From assembly GCA_947626595.1 (NCBI GenBank), contig CANQST010000002.1, positions 9,885 through 73,884 on the forward strand: a DNA stretch of 64,000 nt, written 5' to 3'. The notes under the pieces were generated by a model. The model had not been told where the DNA came from, made no database searches, and saw only the letters and a program-made list of their open reading frames with translations. This DNA comes from an uncultured Bacilli bacterium (GTDB lineage: Bacteria; Bacillota_I; Bacilli_A; RF39; UBA660). The position numbers were made by a program, and so were the translations under genes. This document shows, piece by piece, positions 47,674-56,005 of this stretch; position 1 is the first letter of the stretch; each line of letters starts with the position of its first letter.

Positions 47674-49530
47674 ATGAAGGTAAAGAATAGTAAAGGGTTT
47701 GCTGTTTCAACATTATTGTATGGTTTATCAATAATGGGTTTTTTAATTGTCATTTTACTTATGAGTATTGTTTCTTCTAATAGAGTAAATACTAAGAATT
47801 TTGTTAATCAAATAGAGGATGATTTAAATAGATATAGTTTAACTGAGGTTAGTTTTTCTTCTAAAGATAGTGGTGATTTGGCTCAAGAATATTTTGTTCC
47901 TTATGGGCAAGAGGGTTGGTATAAAATAGAATTATGGGGTGCTGGTGGTGGAGGTGCTACTGGTGGTAAGGGCGCTTATACATCTGGTTTGATATATTTG
48001 GATGCTAATACACATTTATATTTCTATATAGGTAAAAAGGGTGGAACATCGGCAGCTGGTGTTAATAATGGTGGTCCAGCTAGTGGTGGCTACTATGGTG
48101 GTGGTGGAGAGACTGATGTAAGGTTGGAATCAGGAAATAGCAATGACGATAGATCCATGAAAACTAGAATAATGGTTGCGGCCGGAGGCGGAGGCGCTAA
48201 GGGTAGTACGAAAGGTGGCAATGGTGGAGATTTGCAAGGTTACAAAGGTGATGGCACGGCTGGTAGTGCAACACAAAATGCTGGCAATCTGCCAACGGTT
48301 TTATCGAGTGGCGGAGGTGGTGGCTTTCGTAATGGAGGTGCAGGTGAAGGTGGCAGTTCTTATATATCGGGTTATGCTGGGGGTAGCTCTTATGTTTTAA
48401 ATCCTCAAAAGGATCAACTTGGTGAATGGGATTGGGATTATAAAGGAGAAGATTTTCAACTTGTTCCTGGTAAATTAACAATTCATTATTTGTATCCGGT
48501 TTATAAAGAGGTAGGAGAGGAAGCTGTTCTTGATAGATATGACCCTCCACAACATGCTTTTAGGTTTGTTAATGGTTTAATGATACCGGGAGTTAATGAT
48601 GGAGATGGTAAAGCTAATATAGAAAGAGTTGATTTAAAAGGCGCAACAGAATTAGCTAAGAAAGATAATATAAAGCTTAGTAGAATTACGAGAATTGTTG
48701 ATTGTGTTGATGGTAATAGTGGAACTTGGAAAGAAATACAAGCTGTTTCTAATGGAGAGAATGTTATTAAAAGTAGTGGTACTGTAACGGGCTCTGGTTT
48801 GGCTAACGGCAATAATCTTAAGGATGGTTTATTAAATACAGAAGCTAGTATTGCTGGTAGTGTGGCTGAGAAATGTATAACAGTAACTTTCTCTACGCCA
48901 CAAGATTTAGACGAGATAGCTGTTTGGCATAAAGTAGGAAATATCGCTAAACATAATTTAGAAGTTTGTGACCAAAGTGGTGGGTGTTACAGTTTGAGTA
49001 ATAGAACGGCAGTTGATAATTCACCAGTTGTAGAGACAAGTAATGGACTTCATTATTCGGCATATCGAGGAAATGAAACGCAAAATATTGCGAATGGTAC
49101 TTATTTAATTATTCCAGTAAGCAATGCTTCAATGGTATTTACAACGGGAAATGCAGCTTTGTCTGACCATGACATGATGCTTAAACTTGCTAAGTATGAA
49201 GCTAATAGATATCAGATGTGGGATATTCAAAATGTAGGTGATAACAAATATACAATAGTTGAAACACAAAATCATTATTCTTTACAAGTTGATACAGTTG
49301 TTGGAAATTCAGAGGGAGATGTAATTAATGCTCGAGCGAGATTAGTTGATAGTGATAGAGAAAGATGGCATATTACACCGACTGGTAATGGAACATATAT
49401 TATATCGTCGTTCTTGGATCCAGAAAATAAATGTTGTAGATTAGCTTATTCAGCTGGTAATATACGAACAGCTATGAATAGTAATACTACTTTAAATACT
49501 AAATTTTATCTTATAAATGTTGATTATTAG
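47674..49530 (+). CDS. secreted multi-domain protein: prepilin-like N-terminus, glycine-rich domain, ricin-B (beta-trefoil) lectin C-terminus
   Basis: MKVKNSKGFAVSTLLYGLSIMGFLIVILL (KGF + hydrophobic helix, no Glu5). Then ~230 aa of GGxGG repeats (GAGGGGATGGKGAY...GGGGGFRNGGAGEGG). The C-terminus has QxW-type repeats (RYQMWDIQ, RERWHI). RBS GGTGG precedes ATG 47674. Confidence 0.6.
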   Translation: MKVKNSKGFAVSTLLYGLSIMGFLIVILLMSIVSSNRVNTKNFVNQIEDDLNRYSLTEVSFSSKDSGDLAQEYFVPYGQEGWYKIELWGAGGGGATGGKGAYTSGLIYLDANTHLYFYIGKKGGTSAAGVNNGGPASGGYYGGGGETDVRLESGNSNDDRSMKTRIMVAAGGGGAKGSTKGGNGGDLQGYKGDGTAGSATQNAGNLPTVLSSGGGGGFRNGGAGEGGSSYISGYAGGSSYVLNPQKDQLGEWDWDYKGEDFQLVPGKLTIHYLYPVYKEVGEEAVLDRYDPPQHAFRFVNGLMIPGVNDGDGKANIERVDLKGATELAKKDNIKLSRITRIVDCVDGNSGTWKEIQAVSNGENVIKSSGTVTGSGLANGNNLKDGLLNTEASIAGSVAEKCITVTFSTPQDLDEIAVWHKVGNIAKHNLEVCDQSGGCYSLSNRTAVDNSPVVETSNGLHYSAYRGNETQNIANGTYLIIPVSNASMVFTTGNAALSDHDMMLKLAKYEANRYQMWDIQNVGDNKYTIVETQNHYSLQVDTVVGNSEGDVINARARLVDSDRERWHITPTGNGTYIISSFLDPENKCCRLAYSAGNIRTAMNSNTTLNTKFYLINVDY

Positions 49531-49550
49531 AAAAAGAAAAATTCGGCTAG

Positions 49551-49799
49551 TTATTGTCGAATTTTTTCTTCTTCAGTAATTCCTTTTGGATATGGACTTT
49601 TACAATCAGTTCGCTCTAGTATGTAATCTACAGAAACATTATAGATATCAGCTATCTTATCTAGTAGATCTATTGGTATAGTTCTTTTACCGTTTTCATA
49701 TAATCCGTACACTTGTCTTCTTATATGTAATTCTTCAGCAATCTGCTTTTGTAATAAGTCATTATCTTCTCTTAAATTTCTTAATCTCTTTAGGTACAT
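49551..49799 (-). CDS. XRE-family HTH transcriptional regulator
   Basis: 82 aa. LLQKQIAEELHIRRQVYGLYENGKRTIPIDLL is a Cro/C1 HTH. Divergent from the paralog at 50056. Confidence 0.7.
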   Translation of the reverse strand: MYLKRLRNLREDNDLLQKQIAEELHIRRQVYGLYENGKRTIPIDLLDKIADIYNVSVDYILERTDCKSPYPKGITEEEKIRQ

Positions 49800-49827
49800 T
49801 TTACACCTCTTTAACTTATTTTCTCAC

Positions 49828-49900
49828 GCAATTAATAAATTGCATTGACAAGCAACCATTTGCTTGCTAAAATGTTTATCGAAGAAACTAAATGGTTGCA
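49828..49900 (+). promoter_or_regulatory. promoter plus nested inverted repeats in the XRE / paralog-50056 intergenic region
   Basis: TTGACA (49845-50), 17 bp, TAAAAT. Palindrome GCAATTAATAAATTGC (49828-43). CAAGCAA-acca-TTTGCTTG lies in the spacer. 10-bp inverted repeat GCAACCATTT (49852-61) / AAATGGTTGC (49890-99). Confidence 0.5.
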
Positions 49901-50055
49901 TTTTTTCTTCAATAACACTAAAAAAGGTTAAAAAATATCAAAAATATGAGTGCTAACAGAGTTTAGCTTAGTTTTTTAACCTTTGCAGCAGCAAATCACT
50001 ACTAATGTAGTATTAAAATAAATAATATGTAAACAATAATTGTAGGTGGAGTATT

Positions 50056-52017
50056 ATGGATAGTAGAAAGCAGAAACTAATTTTAATTGGTGTTTTATGT
50101 TTAGTTGTAGTTTGTTTATCAATTGGATATGCGATGCTATCTTCAATGTTAAGGATAGATGGAACAGCTAATGTTGGAGGAGAAAAGTGGAGTGTTGAGT
50201 TTGTAGAGAAACAGGCAAAGACTATTCCTAAGGGAAAGGCAACTTGTGAAATAGGAAATATCACTGGTACAAGTATTACTAATATGTCAGCAGTATTTCA
50301 ATTACCAGGAGACTCTTGTACATTTACTATACCAGTAGAAAATACTGGAACATTAGATGCCAGTTTAGTTGATGTAGATGGTAAAGCTACACCTTTAAAT
50401 TTAGTTGGTAGTCAAGAAGATATAGCTAAATTAAATAGCCAAATAACATATGATGTTCAATATGGAAATACAAAAATAGATAACTTAACTACTTTTGATA
50501 ATATTGATACTTTAGAACCAGGTGAAAGGGAGACTATAACTTTAAAAGTAGAGTTTAGGGAAGAAGCAACACAAATACCAGCAGCCGCTGTTACAATAGA
50601 AGGATTAGATAGAACATTTAACTTTCAAAATAAAACTAATTCAAGTAGTACTAATCCATCTCCAACTACAACACCAGTTTACCACGATAATAGTGGTGCA
50701 AACAAGCCAATTTTGAGTGAAAATATGATACCTGTAGTTTATGACGAGACAAAAAGAGAGTGGGTAAAGCAAGATTTAGATAAAAGTTATGATTATTCAC
50801 AACAAGTATGGGCAAATGCAGTAACTGTAGTTGAAGAGTATCAAAATAAGACTAGAAATTATTATAAACTAGCAAAACCAGGTACAGTAATACCGATGGA
50901 TGCTATAAACACAATGTGGGTATGGATACCAAGATATAGCTATACTATAAAGAGTGAAGATGGAAATAACTATTATGGCAAAGCAAGTTCTGATAATGAA
51001 AATCCAACCCAAGCTTTACCAGGAGAAATAGATGTTAAGTTTATACCAGTAAGTGAAAATGATACTGAAGGTAGTGCACAATATACAGGAGAAGAAGCAA
51101 GTGGATGGTTTACCCCACCAGGTTTTACTTTTGGAGATAAAGATTTATCAGGAGTTTGGATAGGAAAGTTTGAAACAGGTTCAATTGATGGAACAAGTCC
51201 AGGAGATGTAGAAACTGATAACTTAGTGGCAATAAAACCAAATATAACATCTTGGAGAAATATTAGAGTATCTACATTAGAACTTGTGTCTATGGGATTA
51301 ACTAAAGATGGAAATATTTATGGTTTTGATCAAAATACTTATGATGCACATGCTTCGAAAAATAGTGAATGGGCGTTAATGTCATATTTAACACAAAGTA
51401 AATATGGTAAATATGGCAATTCTTTATATACAGGTGAAAACAAACAAGTATATATGAATAACTATGGTGGATATATGACAGGATGTTCTTCAGGTAAGGC
51501 GACAGCAGGTAATGAAACAACTTGTGAAAATACTTATGATGTAATGGTAAATCGTCAAAATGGTCAAGGATATGCTGGAGCAGGTGCTTCAAGTACTGGA
51601 AATATTTATGGTATATATGATGCTTCAGGAGGAGCATGGGAATATACAATGGGTGTACTAAACAAGATGTCAGGAAATACACAAAGTTGGAATTCAGGTT
51701 ATCCTGGCTTACTTACTGATGGGACTAGTTTTACAGGAAATCGAGAATGGCCAGCTGATAAATATGTAGATGTTTATATGTCAGAAGATACCAAAATTGC
51801 CTGTAAAGGAACTTCATGTAATGGCCATGCTTTAAATGAAACATCAGGATATTATGGTGATTATTATGTTATGGTAGACACTGCAAAAATGTGGCTAGTT
51901 AGAGGAGGCGGTAGCCGTTATAGTAATTCTGGTGTAGGAATCTTCTCATTTGGAAATAATTATGGTAATGCGTATTCTGATAACTCATTTCGTATTGTTT
52001 TAGCACCAAATAATTAA
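50056..52017 (+). CDS. surface paralog-family protein (N-type II, C-type A)
   Basis: RBS AGGTGGAG. The N-terminal half matches 43274. The C-domain has the conserved type-A blocks and ends ...FRIVLAPNN. Confidence 0.8.
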   Translation: MDSRKQKLILIGVLCLVVVCLSIGYAMLSSMLRIDGTANVGGEKWSVEFVEKQAKTIPKGKATCEIGNITGTSITNMSAVFQLPGDSCTFTIPVENTGTLDASLVDVDGKATPLNLVGSQEDIAKLNSQITYDVQYGNTKIDNLTTFDNIDTLEPGERETITLKVEFREEATQIPAAAVTIEGLDRTFNFQNKTNSSSTNPSPTTTPVYHDNSGANKPILSENMIPVVYDETKREWVKQDLDKSYDYSQQVWANAVTVVEEYQNKTRNYYKLAKPGTVIPMDAINTMWVWIPRYSYTIKSEDGNNYYGKASSDNENPTQALPGEIDVKFIPVSENDTEGSAQYTGEEASGWFTPPGFTFGDKDLSGVWIGKFETGSIDGTSPGDVETDNLVAIKPNITSWRNIRVSTLELVSMGLTKDGNIYGFDQNTYDAHASKNSEWALMSYLTQSKYGKYGNSLYTGENKQVYMNNYGGYMTGCSSGKATAGNETTCENTYDVMVNRQNGQGYAGAGASSTGNIYGIYDASGGAWEYTMGVLNKMSGNTQSWNSGYPGLLTDGTSFTGNREWPADKYVDVYMSEDTKIACKGTSCNGHALNETSGYYGDYYVMVDTAKMWLVRGGGSRYSNSGVGIFSFGNNYGNAYSDNSFRIVLAPNN

Positions 52018-52048
52018 TTTAGTAGATAATTAAGGAGGTAATGCGATT

Positions 52049-54034
52049 ATGAATAATAGAAAACAAAAGTTAATAATTATAGGTGCATTATGCTTAGTGG
52101 TAACACTTTTATCAATAGGTTACGCTATTTTGTCATCTAACTTAAGGATTAATGGAACTGCAAAAGTATCAGGAGAAAAATGGAGTGTTGAGTTTGTAGA
52201 AAAACAAGCTAAAACTATTCCAAAAGGAAAAGCTAATTGTGATATAGGTACAATTCAAAATACTTCAGTAACAAACTTATCAGCTAAAGTAAAAGTACCA
52301 GGAGATAGTTGTACATTTACTATACCAGTAGAAAATACTGGAACATTAGATGCAAGTTTAGTTGATGTAACTAATAGAGGTTTATCTTTATCGTATGATG
52401 GTGATCCGGGTGATATAGACATCATAAGTAGTTATATAACTTATGATGTAAGATATGGTAATACAGAAATAAATAATGAAACTTCTTTTGATACTATTGA
52501 TATTCTAGAACCAGGAGAAAGAGAGACAATAACATTAAGAGTTGAGTTTAAAGAAGAAGCAACTCAAATACCAAATGATGTAGTAACAATAACAGGATTA
52601 GATAGGACATTTAACTTTGAAAATAAAGTTGGTTCAAGTAGTGAAACTTCACCTACACCAGAAACTGTACCAGTTTACCACGATACTAGTGGAGCTAATC
52701 AACCTGTTTTAAGTGATAATATGATACCAGTAGTATATGACGAAACAAGAAAAGAATGGGTAAAACAAGACTTAGATAAAAGTTATGATTATAGTAGTCA
52801 AGTTTGGGCCAATGCAGTAACTGTAGTTGAAGACGGAACCCAAACTAGAAGTTATTATAAGAAAGCCAAAGCTGGAACAGTAATATCAATGAGTGATATA
52901 AATACAATGTGGGTATGGATACCAAGATATTCATATACAATAAAACAACCATATGGAAAAGAAAGTTCTGATAATCTAAGTCCTTCGCAAGAATTACCAG
53001 GAGAAATAGATGTTAAGTTTATTCCAGCAAGTGAAAATGATAGTGAAGGTTCAGCTCAATATACTGAGGGAGAGGCAAGTGGATGGTTTACCCCACCAGG
53101 ATTTAAGTTTGGTGACAAAGATTTATCAGGAATATGGATAGGAAAATTTGAAAGCAGTAATATTGAGAACTGTTCTGCTACTAATAATGATGTAGATAAT
53201 GGCTGTGATTTAGAAAATTTAACCGTTCAAATTAAACCTAATGTAACAAGTTGGAGGGGAATAAGAGTATCAACATTAGAATTAGTTTCTATGGGACTAA
53301 CAAAAGATGAAAATATTTATGGCTTTGATAATACATATGATAGTCATGCAATTAAGAATACCGAGTGGGCACTTATGGCATATTTAACTCAAAGTAAATA
53401 TGGTAAGTATGGAAATGTTTTATACACTGGAAATAATAAGCAAGTGTATATGAATAATTATAGTGGCTTTGTAACAGGATGTTCTTCAGGACTTCCAATT
53501 GCTGATACTTCTGATACGTGTACTTATCGCTATGATAATCTGACTAAGCAGGATAATATAGGATATTTAGGTGCAGGCTCTTCCGTGACAGGAAATATTT
53601 ATGGTATATATGATACTAATGGAGGTGCTTGGGAATATGTAATGGGAATATATCAAAATCAAGACGTAAGGTATACGGGATATTCTACCACAAGTAATTC
53701 CGGTTATACTGGGCGTACTGGTATTAATGATGAACAGTTTACTGGAAGAGAGTGGCAGAATGATAAATATTATGATTTTTATTCAACAACAAATGTATTA
53801 ACAGCTTGTATGCTATCAGGAAATGGAAATGCACCTTGCAAGGGACACGCTCTTAATGAATTAGCAGGATGGTATGGAGATTATTCAAGTATGGTTCAGA
53901 AGACTGATCCTACAATAGTACGAAGTGGTAATTATAATTATGGTAGTAATGCAGGTAGTTTTAATTTTAATCACTCACGTAGTTACGCAATTTGGGATGT
54001 TTCATTTCGTCAAGTTTTAACTCCCAATAATTGA
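52049..54034 (+). CDS. surface paralog-family protein (N-type I, C-type A)
   Basis: RBS AAGGAGG. The N-terminal half matches 28267. The MWVWIPRYSYTIKQPYGK segment is ~90% identical to 22932. Ends ...FRQVLTPNN. Confidence 0.8.
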   Translation: MNNRKQKLIIIGALCLVVTLLSIGYAILSSNLRINGTAKVSGEKWSVEFVEKQAKTIPKGKANCDIGTIQNTSVTNLSAKVKVPGDSCTFTIPVENTGTLDASLVDVTNRGLSLSYDGDPGDIDIISSYITYDVRYGNTEINNETSFDTIDILEPGERETITLRVEFKEEATQIPNDVVTITGLDRTFNFENKVGSSSETSPTPETVPVYHDTSGANQPVLSDNMIPVVYDETRKEWVKQDLDKSYDYSSQVWANAVTVVEDGTQTRSYYKKAKAGTVISMSDINTMWVWIPRYSYTIKQPYGKESSDNLSPSQELPGEIDVKFIPASENDSEGSAQYTEGEASGWFTPPGFKFGDKDLSGIWIGKFESSNIENCSATNNDVDNGCDLENLTVQIKPNVTSWRGIRVSTLELVSMGLTKDENIYGFDNTYDSHAIKNTEWALMAYLTQSKYGKYGNVLYTGNNKQVYMNNYSGFVTGCSSGLPIADTSDTCTYRYDNLTKQDNIGYLGAGSSVTGNIYGIYDTNGGAWEYVMGIYQNQDVRYTGYSTTSNSGYTGRTGINDEQFTGREWQNDKYYDFYSTTNVLTACMLSGNGNAPCKGHALNELAGWYGDYSSMVQKTDPTIVRSGNYNYGSNAGSFNFNHSRSYAIWDVSFRQVLTPNN

Positions 54035-54205
54035 TAATAGATTTATCCTTAGGGGTAGATCTATTTTTATATTTAAAAGTATAATAAATTTGTTATAATA
54101 GGTAAAAAGCAAATATTCTTTGCTTTAAAAATGCTTTATGTAAAGATAATTTGATAGAAAAAAATATAAATAAATATAAAATGGTAAGTGAAAGGAGGAA
54201 TATTT

Positions 54206-54934
54206 ATGAATTTGGGTAAACAAATATTAAAATTAAGAAAGGATAATGAAATGTCTCAAGAAGATTTTGCAGAAATTTTCAATGTAACTAGACAAACTAT
54301 ATCTAGTTGGGAAAATTCTAAGAGTTACCCAGATATCGAAACACTTGTAAAGATAAGTGATAAATTTAATATTTCTTTAGACATTTTATTAAAAGGTGAT
54401 AAAGAAATGATTAAGAATATGGATAAGAATTTAAGAAATACTTCTAAGTATAAGAAAATATTAATAAGTATTGGTATTTTTCTAGGTAGTATTATCTTAG
54501 TATTTGGAATTTATACAGTGAAGTATAGTATTACTAAAAGTAAATTAGAAAGTAATTTTAAAGATGCTTTAGAAGAAAATAATTTTAAAAAGAATAGAGA
54601 TGGTTATTATTCTTATAAGTTTAATGAAGAAATTACTTTTAGTGTTCCTAATCAAAAAATGCCTAATTTATTAGATTTTACTTTACATTTTCATAATAGT
54701 AATATTTATTGTGATGGTGTTTTAGAAAATGGAAAAGTTCTTAGTGGTACTTGGTATTCTTATAATAATTATAACTTTTCAGTAGAAGATAACGGTACTA
54801 TAGTAGGTTCTTCTAGTAGTATTAAGGATAAGAGAGATATTCATTTACTAAGTAAGGAATTAGGTATAGAAGAGGAAGAGTTAAAAAAGATAATAGATAA
54901 GGGTAATTATTTATATAAAGATTTTTATATTTAG
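54206..54934 (+). CDS. membrane-anchored XRE-family HTH regulator
   Basis: N-terminal LRKDNEMSQEDFAEIFNVTRQTISSWEN (HTH), one TM helix (ILISIGIFLGSIILVFGIY), extracytoplasmic C-domain. RBS AAAGGAGGAA precedes ATG 54206. Confidence 0.6.
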   Translation: MNLGKQILKLRKDNEMSQEDFAEIFNVTRQTISSWENSKSYPDIETLVKISDKFNISLDILLKGDKEMIKNMDKNLRNTSKYKKILISIGIFLGSIILVFGIYTVKYSITKSKLESNFKDALEENNFKKNRDGYYSYKFNEEITFSVPNQKMPNLLDFTLHFHNSNIYCDGVLENGKVLSGTWYSYNNYNFSVEDNGTIVGSSSSIKDKRDIHLLSKELGIEEEELKKIIDKGNYLYKDFYI

Positions 54935-55012
54935 ATTAAGCTGTAGTTGTTACAGCTTTTTCAAATATTTTACTTGTTATTATGGAAAAGGTAATTTATA
55001 ATATTAAGTAGG

Positions 55013-55819
55013 GTGGTTAAATTGTTGAGTGTAGAGAAATTAGAAGAATTAAAGAAAAGTATTTTAGAACTAAAACAAGATACTAGTAAGATTATTTTAC
55101 CTGGTAATAAGAAAATAGTTATAAGTACTAGTATATTTGATCAAGATAATTCTAAAGTAAGTGAAGATATTAAAAATTATAGTGGTATTAAAGAAAATGA
55201 AAAGAATAATTCATACTTAGATGCCTTAATTAAATATTATAATTTAGAGTATGGTATTAATGGAGTTATTAATTATTTCCCTTTACAAGATAAAATTTAT
55301 CATAATTTAAGTAAGGCTTATATTGGGAGTTATTATTTGGATAAAGATTTTAGAAAGTATTTAAAAGATGTAGATGCTTTATTATATATACATTTGAAGT
55401 ATGCAGGATATAATTTTTCAAATGATGTATCTGTAAGAGAGGGTATGAGTACTTTTAGTTTTCTAGGTTGTAGTGGAATATCTAGGGAGTTATATAAAGA
55501 TTATCTTTTACATGATTATGATGCATCTATTTGTTATGGTGGAACTATTACTAAGAATGAATTTTTAGAGGAATATGAGTTTACTGATGATGTTATTACT
55601 TGTTGCTCTGAACATGATTTAGGTCAGTCAAAGTATGCAAGAGTAGAAAAAGATAAGATGTGGCCTAGGACTTTAGAAGTTAGTTTCAAAAGTAAGAAAG
55701 ATATGGAAGAGTTATGTGATATTTTTCAAATATTAGGTGATTTTTTAGAAAAAGCTAATAAAAAATTTGAAGAGGAAGATGTATATGAAGTATTTTCTCC
55801 TATGAAAGTAAAAAAATGA
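55013..55819 (+). CDS. hypothetical protein
   Basis: 268-aa ORF. Start codon uncertain (GTG 55013 or TTG 55022). Confidence 0.45.
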   Translation: MVKLLSVEKLEELKKSILELKQDTSKIILPGNKKIVISTSIFDQDNSKVSEDIKNYSGIKENEKNNSYLDALIKYYNLEYGINGVINYFPLQDKIYHNLSKAYIGSYYLDKDFRKYLKDVDALLYIHLKYAGYNFSNDVSVREGMSTFSFLGCSGISRELYKDYLLHDYDASICYGGTITKNEFLEEYEFTDDVITCCSEHDLGQSKYARVEKDKMWPRTLEVSFKSKKDMEELCDIFQILGDFLEKANKKFEEEDVYEVFSPMKVKK

Positions 55820-55864
55820 CTTTAAAAATTACTATTTATGGTGTAAAATATTAATAAATTACAT

Positions 55865-55939
55865 TGCCCTATAGCCAAGTGGTAAGGCAGTGCGCTCTGA
55901 CCGCATTACGCGTTAGTTCGAATCTAACTAGGGCAACCA
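55865..55939 (+). tRNA. tRNA-Gln (anticodon CUG)
   Basis: Hand-folded cloverleaf. Acceptor TGCCCTA/TAGGGCA (U1-A72), D-stem GCC/GGC, anticodon stem GTGCG/CGCAT, loop CT-CTG-AC, variable loop TACGC, T-arm GTTAG-TTCGAAT-CTAAC, discriminator A, CCA encoded. Confidence 0.8.
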
Positions 55940-56005
55940 ATTTGTATTATAGGAAAAATTAGAGATAATTATTTCTATTTTTTGTCCTTTTAAGAGGTGA
56001 TATAT

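Noticed and set aside
47941-48400. Glycine-rich stretch of the 47674 protein as collagen-like or PE-PGRS-type repeat
   Set aside because: No G-X-Y triplet periodicity and no Gly-Gly-Ala/Asn pentapeptide regularity. It fits the irregular GGxGG 'glycine-rich domain' better.
23475-51682. Numerous 60-130-aa antisense ORFs inside the large paralog genes and other CDSs (for example 23475-23747, 25165-25440, 28910-29149, 44667-45200, 48197-48812, 51302-51682)
   Set aside because: Typical AT-rich antisense frames rich in I/Y/H/L, fully contained in better-supported sense genes.
4717-54034. An active DGR cassette inside this window
   Set aside because: No reverse transcriptase, avd or template repeat is present in the 64 kb. 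The paralog tips are not DNA-homologous to each other. Only the VR-like target architecture can be claimed.
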